Below, in pieces: positions 55,877-64,000 of a DNA stretch of 64,000 nt. Under the pieces are notes generated by a model, which saw only the letters and a list, made by a program, of their open reading frames with translations, ran no database searches and was not told where the DNA came from. The DNA is from Eledone cirrhosa (lineage: Eukaryota). The position numbers and the translations under genes were made by a program. Each line of letters opens with the position of its first letter. Position 1 is the first letter of the stretch. The stretch covers positions 106,144,001 through 106,208,000 of the forward strand of contig OZ024742.1 of assembly GCA_964016885.1 (NCBI GenBank). Reading direction: 5' to 3'.

Positions 55877-56785
55877 TCTATATATATAAAACTGAGGATG
55901 TCTGTCTGTGTGTGTGTGTGTAAGTTTGAATCCCTAAAACTCGAGAAGCACCCAACCGACTGTTTTCAAACTTTACACATGTAATACTTATGTTTCAGGG
56001 AGTGTTCTGAGCCAAAAGAATTTCAAACTTTCAATGCCCTAGGGACCGCATTAGGCGATTTAGCAATTTCTCTCTATAATTCTTAGTCTTTCTCTTTTTA
56101 GATAGATACATACATATAACGTCGCGCCCTTATAATATCTGTCTGTATGTCTAACTGTCTGCATTACCTCACTTCCCTGAGGATGTCTGTCTGTGTGTGT
56201 GTGTGTCTGTGAGTTTGAATCCCTAAAACTCAAGAAGTACCCAACCGACTTTTTTCAAACTTTACATCTGTATTACTTTTGTTTCAGGGAGTGTTACGCA
56301 CATAAAAATTCAACTTTTTGATCCTCTAGGGCCCGCATTAGGTGAAAAACTGCGTTTTTTCAGGTTTTTGGGGGGTTTTTTAGGCGTTACGTCAGACTGA
56401 TTTCCTTGAAATTGTAACTATGTATTAGTCAGTCTCTTCTTCGTACCGTGAGCAAAGAAAATCCAACTTTTTTATGGCCTAGGACCCGCATTAGGTGAAA
56501 AACTTCATTTTTTTTCAGCTTTTGAGGCGTTACGTCTAGCTGATTTTTCCCGAAATTTCAAGGCATATGATGCACATAAAAAAATTCATTTTCTTGATCC
56601 TCTAGGGCCCGCATTAGCTGAAAACCTGCTTCATCGAGGAAAATATTAAAGATTATCCAGCCATCAGAGTATTGGGTTTATTTTCTTTACATATTGTCCA
56701 GGCATGCAGTTTTTCCACATTAGGTCTGTTGGCAGCCCACGTTCCAAAATACCTTATCCCGTGCAACGCCGGGTAACACTGCTAG
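55877..56785 (+). mobile_element. Non-autonomous Helitron
   Basis: A|TC 5' end (TCTATATATATAAAACTG), subterminal hairpin CCCG-TGCAACGC-CGGG at 56758-56773, CTAG|T 3' end, no TSD; internal duplications. Confidence 0.88.
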
Positions 56786-57284
56786 TACTTTATAAAAAGA
56801 CGGCTGAGCATGGCTAACAAATCTTTAATCCCACTACTACAGGTGTTACACACAATCAGGTATAACTTGGTAGTATGTACCATGCTTTTGCTAAAGATTT
56901 TAGGTGTCCATGCAGTCACGAGAAGACGCATACACACTCTTGACATTTTCTCATATGAAGCAGTGGAACATTCATCATAGGTCTTCTTAATCAGGGCTTA
57001 TCTGGAGATAAACAACACCAAAATAACTGATGACTTCTAAAGTGTTTGGACAAATTCCTCCCAGAAATTCCGGATCAAACCACTATACCCTGATATGTCT
57101 TCGAAAACAATAAATCTCAACTTGAGTGGACCATGCCGTCCAAATCAGTATTTGAAAGACTTTGCTAGGTGATGCTATTAAGTTAGACATGGACTGGGCC
57201 AATACTGACCAAAACCTATAAAACTTGTCAAAGTTATATATAATATATGAACATTTATATATTATATATATATGTAATATATGT

Positions 57285-57334
<50 letters not shown>

Positions 57335-57730
57335 GTTAAGTTTTTGTTTCATCTCTTCTAGTCTGTGGTCTCTGATGGTTGGGTTTGAAACTATTGTACA
57401 GATTCACTTGGCTAAGTTAAAAGGGATGTTGATATAGGTGTGTGATGGAGGAAAAGATGTAAAAATGAGGTACTATCGGGACTCAGTAGGTTTGAAGTAG
57501 TTTCCAATGTTCTGTTGTTGTTTTTTTCTGTTACTAAGATATCTAAAAATGGGAGTTTTATGTTGCTAAAATCCATAGTGAATTGGATATTCTGGTTTAT
57601 ATCATTGATGAGGGTTGGAAATGTCTTTAATTGGTAAAGATTTTCCCTCCACAGTATGAAGCAGTTGTCCAATTACTTCTTCCAGTTTTCTTTTATGTAG
57701 TCGTCGAAATTATTTCCATAAAGTTTTCTC
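57335..57730 (-). pseudogene. Penelope-like reverse transcriptase fragment
   Basis: YIKENWKK*LDNCFILW (decayed RYxDD), INQNIQFTMDFSNIKLPFLDILV, INIPFNLAK*ICTIVS..RDHRLEEMKQKL. Confidence 0.85.
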
Positions 57731-58211
57731 CTTTTTTTTTTCTTCCTCTATCTCCATCAGCAATGTTCCCCCTAGAAAAGGGTGGACTATGCCAGGTTTA
57801 AAATGTCCTAGACAAGACCTGTATCAGGACGACACCACTACAAACCCACCAAATACAATGATTATCGTCGTCAAAGTATCGGGTGTATATAATGGGTTAT
57901 ATTAAGGAATAACCTTGTTATCAACGCTAGCCACGTAGTAAACCACATATAAATAATCTTTAACATTACTTTAAGATAATTTATTATAGAACCCCTAAAG
58001 AGAGCATGCTGGTACGACAATCAAATGACGGCGATCTTCGAACATGTTGGGTCGCATTCAGGTCTGACGCAGTCAGAATCATGAACTCCCTCCCCCTCTC
58101 TGTCTGACTGTTTATATACCAGCCTATATATCGTGATAATAGATAGGAGTTATAACCTTAGAGCAAATCAACAAGGAATTCATATACTCCATAGTATATT
58201 ACGTAATTCTC

Positions 58212-58242
<31 letters not shown>

Positions 58243-58297
58243 CATACATACATACATACATACATACATACATACATACATACATACATAAGTTCAT

Positions 58298-58354
<57 letters not shown>

Positions 58355-58456
58355 TATACATACATATAAGTGTATGTATATATGTATATGTCTGTGTGTA
58401 CATATATTCTTATATGTACACACGCACATATACAGTATAAATATATATAAACATTC

Positions 58457-58487
<31 letters not shown>

Positions 58488-58932
58488 CATACATATCTAA
58501 ATATTTATACACATAACAATCAAGTAGAGAGAAAACATGGCTGAATAAGGGAAACTCACTGCGAGAGACATTATTTTCCACTTAAAATGTCGTTAAAGCG
58601 TTTGATAGTTTACATTGCTTTGTTTTATGTGATATGTAATGATGCTCATGATGATGGTTTGGATAGATGTGGCGTGTTTTGTTGTGGTGGATGTCTTGCA
58701 ATGTTGCTCGTGATCCCGAGGATGATAGGAGCAAGATTTCTATGGTGTAATATGGTTTATTTGTTTACCGAGAATTTCTGTCTTATATACATATATATAC
58801 TTATTGAAGGTGATTTTGTATTACGTAAGAATGAGCCTTCGATATGTTAACATAGATGTAATTTACATATATATATATAAAATGACTAGACAAAACTATG
58901 TATTAAACTGTAAGTGTATCTCTCTCTCTCTT

Positions 58933-58969
<37 letters not shown>

Positions 58970-58984
58970 ATATATATATATATA

Positions 58985-59175
58985 TAACGAAGGAAATGTG
59001 GTAAGGAACCAAGTGGACCATAACGCACCAAAGTACTCAATACTTAGGGTAGTAGAGTGGGTAATAGGAACAAATAAGACCCCGACGGCTGAGCTCAAGC
59101 CGTTTCGACGGCTAATTCTGGACTGGAATTAGCCGTCGAAACGGCTTGAGCTCAGCCGTCGGGGTCTTATTTGTT

Positions 59176-59180
<5 letters not shown>
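58985..59180 (-). mobile_element. Penelope-like family H fold-back insertion
   Basis: Arms ~59064-59120 and ~59124-59180 plus tail; (TA)n flanks. Confidence 0.87.
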
Positions 59181-59231
<51 letters not shown>

Positions 59232-59619
59232 AACACACACACATATATATAGATGTATATATATTACAATTAGTTTCACACGGACAGGCCCTCACTTATT
59301 TCATATGTTGTGTAGATCCTTTTCGCTATTACGGTTAAATTCACGTGGGAGCTGTACCATCAATGTGGGCGATGATTTTGCTATCACTTTTGCTATATAT
59401 CCAGATGTCCCAGGTTCCCTTTATTTTATTCCTGTATGTATTTATTTGTTTACATATATAAGATCGTTATTTGGTAAATCAGTGAGTTGGTAAAGAGTTG
59501 TTCCAGTTAGTTATAACCCAATGAATGACTGTTGGCTCGAGCTACTATGCTACTATACCATAATTACATTTCAAAATTCTATATGAAAAGCAGTAATATA
59601 GATGTAAGAACGTTTGAAA

Positions 59620-60720
59620 AATGTTGAAGGTTCCAGATATTGTGGCCATTTGTAGCTTATGAATTAAGGAGATACTTTCTTTCTCGACAAACCCAAGTTC
59701 AGTTATACTTTGGTCCAGGCGGGTTGTTATATAACACGTAGCACCAATAATAACGAGTATGAAGCTGAACTTTGATCTTGGATACTAGATCTACAAACTT
59801 CTCATCAATGGTCCGTAGATATTCCTCGCCTCTTACATTTTTCTTACGACATTGACATCAAGTGGGCAGCTGACTTCTACAACAAAGCAATGTTTTAATG
59901 TATAGTCCCAAACAAACAATATCTGGCCGGTTGTGCTTTAATTTGGCGGAAGCTTTTATTTTTAGGTTCCACTGGTATTCCTGTGAGTCTCAATATATTC
60001 CTCCCTATTTGATTATATTTTCGTCTTCCGTAATGTATTCCAGAACGTTCTAGCTATCACATCATGTCTCGTGAAGAGGTAGTAAGGCAGCTATCATTTT
60101 CAATCAATGTTTCCGCAGCCTACATTTATAGTTAACTGATGACCTTCCTCATTTGTGCAGTAGGTGGGGATTTCTGGGTCTTGGATTGCATGACGATGTC
60201 CTTTAAGGTGTGATGTTATAAACTAATCATAACTCCATGTCAGGCTTTTAGTATGATTTATCCCCCTCTAAGGTCTGCGCTTTCCATCTCAAGTACCAAT
60301 ACACAACTTTCTCAGGGAATTGGTATATTTTTTTATATTTTGTTCGAGCATTGAGTAGAGTTTTCCAATGTTCCTGAGAGAGAGATTTGTATCAGGTTTT
60401 ATTTCATGTCTCTCTTCTAGATCTGTGGTTCTGTTAACAATATTATGATTTTCATGCTCATAAACCTGGGCGAGATGTCTACTGACCTTTTTCTTCTATT
60501 GAAAGTGTTGTTTCGGTGTTATCATGAGGATCTCGTATGATGTTAATATGGATTTTAGGCTCCGGCCACCCTCATTGCGTGAGAAATATAGCTTATCTAC
60601 ATCACAATTGATGTCAAAGTTCTACACTGAGATTTCTAATGATCATATTCTCTTTACTCTCCTTAGGTATACATTCCTGGTCTTCTCCTTATTTATGGGT
60701 TCATCAAATCTGATATTATA
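59620..60720 (-). pseudogene. Degraded RLE-type (R4/Dong-like) non-LTR retrotransposon, C-terminal region
   Basis: DVDKLYFSRNEGGRSLKSI, RHDVIAR, KLKHNRPDI, VVEVSCPLDVNV, IYGPL; many frameshifts. Confidence 0.78.
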
Positions 60721-60736
60721 TCATATATATCATATG

Positions 60737-60790
<54 letters not shown>

Positions 60791-60819
60791 TTTTAATTTG
60801 TTTTACCATATATATATAA

Positions 60820-61013
60820 AACGAAGGAAGTGTGGTAAGGAACCAGGTAGACCATATCGCACCAGAGTACTCGATACTTTGGGTAGCAGAGTGGGTAATA
60901 TGAAAAGAGTCAGGACCCCCGTTTCGACGGCTATTTCTGGACACTATTTCAATCCAGAAATAGCCGTCGTAACGGCTTGAGTTCTGCCGTCGGGGTCCTG
61001 ATTCTTTTCCTAT
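60820..61013 (-). mobile_element. Penelope-like family H fold-back insertion with a small internal deletion in one arm
   Basis: Homology to other family H copies. Confidence 0.8.
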
Positions 61014-61181
61014 ATATATATAGTGAAAGAGAGAGATCATGAATATACTGGTTTTAAACCAGTACTCGATACTTGAGAAGGAGAGTAAAAATATAGTAGA
61101 GAGTGAGGGTCCGACGGGTGAGGTCTTGCCGTTTCCAGACCAAATTCCAGACTTCAGTCTGGAATTTGCTCGCTTTTTATG

Positions 61182-61231
61182 TCAAGCTGAATGAGTTGGG
61201 ATAAACAACTCAACGAAACTTAAGTCCCTGT
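61182..61231 (+). ncRNA. Hammerhead-like motif with 8-nt core CUGAAUGA; related copy at 54643-54698 (-)
   Basis: CUGAAUGA-GUUGG...UCAAC-GAAA-CUUAAG-UC-CCUGU. Confidence 0.55.
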
Positions 61232-61545
61232 ACACGTCACTGTAGTAACTAATTATACTTAACTCGTCTTATGAGTGCTTTAAACTGAGTGCTTTAAACC
61301 CTTAAATATTTATACAAAATTTGCATTACAGTATATATATATATATATATCTTCTCAAATCGGACAGAGGAAACAATGTTTCCGTTGGTCTTTCCAATTG
61401 CTAGTACTATCTATCGGCCGCAACTCCAGGTAGAAGGAGCAAAGTGAAATAAAGCTCAAGGACATAACGCATCGCCTGGTCCAGGAATCGAACTCACAAC
61501 CTCATGATTGCGAATCCAATTCCCTAACCACTCAGCCACACGCCT

Positions 61546-61633
<88 letters not shown>

Positions 61634-61713
61634 AGATAGATAGATAGAGAGAGATACCCACATACACTTAGAGATATATATTTCCTTGTCTGTCTATATC
61701 AATGTATTTTTGA

Positions 61714-61770
<57 letters not shown>

Positions 61771-62295
61771 TGTGTATCTGTTAGTCATATTAGGAAAGTT
61801 GAGTTAGTTGCCTACTCCTGTGTTCTCTGTGTATGTTGTTTTCTTTGTCATCTAAGACTGGTGCGCGCTGTCACTCTCTCGTGTAAAAAGTAAAAATCTT
61901 AACCGAACAAATCAATGTGAAACGGAAGAGAACCAAGTAAAGAGCGGGTGGCTTCGGTTACCAGTGAGTAGTGATGGAGCTGCGGTGGAGAATGGGACGA
62001 TGGAATGAAACGGAATTTATGTGGGTTTTGAGAAAGTTGAGATAGGTAATTGGATTTACGTCCTTGTTATGAGCAGAAAAGTGGAAAATTACTAAGCAGG
62101 GTGGCAGGGTTAGAGAGAATGTTGACACAGCTTTCACATGGAATGGCCGGTACTAATACGTATCTTCAACTCGCCTTAATTCTTCTGGGTTTGTGTTCCA
62201 TGCAGGAGGGCCTATAGTTAGCTTTCACTGTTGAACTGGAAATATATTGAACGCCCAGCATTACCTCACATCGCAGAACTTATTATTTAGGCAAG

Positions 62296-62510
62296 GGTGG
62301 TGGATTGGTAAAATCGTTTGTACCCCAGATGAAATACTTTGCAGTATTTTGCTATAGCCTTCTACATCCAGGTTTTAAATCCCACCAAAGTCAACTTTGC
62401 TTCTCACCCTCCCGGAGTCGATAAAATAAAGTAGCAGTAAAGTAGTGCGGTCGGTATAATCGACTTTCTCCTTCCTCCCAAAATTGTTGACCTTGTGCCT
62501 AAATTAAAAT
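62296..62510 (+). mobile_element. Diverged SINE family A; further old copies at ~29620, 33375, 41800, 44485, 49610, 52965-53370 and 63840
   Basis: Degenerate A/B boxes and GTCGATAAAATAAAG domain. Confidence 0.65.
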
Positions 62511-64000
62511 CTGTTTTGTTGTTGTTGTTGGACAAGATTCGGTGATTTGAATAGATTTCATAACTTCCAGCAATAAGATTATGACTGGTGAGTGCCGTAA
62601 AGTACAATACAATCGACCTCCTTAAACATTCTGTCATGCCCCGGCCAGACACTATAAGACACTATCGACATAGATTTGAAAGTTTTCTTTTGTGTTTTGT
62701 AACTAAATAAACTTGAGATAGTTATCGCCATGAAGTCATGACAGACACATCGTCTGATACAGACTTCTGGTGTAATAGTTTAGCATTGGATCTAGTGCAA
62801 ATATGTAAACCGTCGCTAACTCACGTTTAACTGATTGTTTATCACACACTTTCACACATACACGTAAACACACAGAGACACAGATACATCTGTGGTTGGG
62901 GTGTTGCTACACATACATTTATTCTTGACTGTATACCCCAGCCCTAAAGCAACCTGACCTTTGACCCACAAGTGTGCTGTCTCCTCTCTGCCCTTTTTTT
63001 ACTGCTACTAAATAAGTTTCTGATTCTCGGGCTGGCGTATCTCGTACCATATCCATTCAAACACTCCTGACGCATTTGTTTCTTCTCCCCAGGACAGATG
63101 TATTGTGTTCAGTACACGGAACCCTCACAAACCCCTATATTTTGTCGTCACGCCACACAACATCGCTGTCCTGGACTTCTGTCCCTATCCATGGTTTTTA
63201 CTGCCGCAGATTTCATCGATCTCGAGGTTGGGGAGCGGATATGCGAAAGCAAAGAAAATATACCCTAACCAGGAAAAGAAGAAAGAACATTCATACCGAT
63301 AAAACATTTCGAGCAAACGAGAACATTTCCACGTGGGGGTTTATGTTACTATCGACGAATTGACAGCTATTAGAACGTCGGATAGAAGGATTTGCGGTAT
63401 TTGTTCCTGAACTCTGCGCTCAAATCTCGGCGAAGTCAAGCTTCTATATTTTTTTCTCCATTTATCTCTATCACATTCCTTTTCTTTACCTGAAAGAAAT
63501 CGGCTGTGTTCAGACATGGAGAGGGGACGGACTTCGCCAGGTTTAGAATTCCGAAGACTCGCTGTATGTCACTACGGTGCCTATACGAATCCATCAGGAA
63601 TTACAGGTTCATACTTCCATTTGTTTTCTTGTAATCACTTGTAATCCCATGTAAGAAAAGATCCTTGGATCATAATGGCCTAAATCCATTACGTAAGGTA
63701 AAGTGCTCTTAATTCATGATGGGATCGTTGGGCACCGTCATGACACTGTGAGTCTTGAGCATTTAAAACCTGGTGGATCCCATCACTTTCCATGTTTAAA
63801 CACAGCCGATAACTGCCAGAGAAAGAAACGACCTCTGTATATGACTGTTATATTTTTTCGACGCCCGAAAGGATGATAGGAAAAGTTGACCACGGTGGAA
63901 TTTTAACTCAGTGTGCCGAAGCATTTTTAATCCGACGCTCAAACGACTTTACCAATTCGCTGCCTTCATGAATACGTTACGACTGGAAATGAAAGAACGG

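Overview
AT-rich, microsatellite-dense eukaryotic intergenic or intronic DNA. The repeat landscape looks cephalopod (Octopus-like); this is an inference. No host protein-coding gene can be supported. 1-7638 holds a head-to-tail tandem pair of young Tx1/L1-clade non-LTR retrotransposons with (ATT)n tails: ORF2 is intact and ORF1 is split by a +1 frameshift. The rest is a mosaic of tRNA-derived SINEs (some with TSDs), RTE, RLE-type, APE-LINE and Penelope relics, a non-autonomous Helitron, and many (TA)n-embedded Penelope-like terminal-repeat fragments. Those fragments carry minimal hammerhead ribozymes and form fold-back palindromes, several of which turn inside the hammerhead stem II. The most unusual signal is a hammerhead at 11481-11542 whose three strands occur in a non-circularly permuted, pseudoknotted order. 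All alignments and pairings were read by eye.
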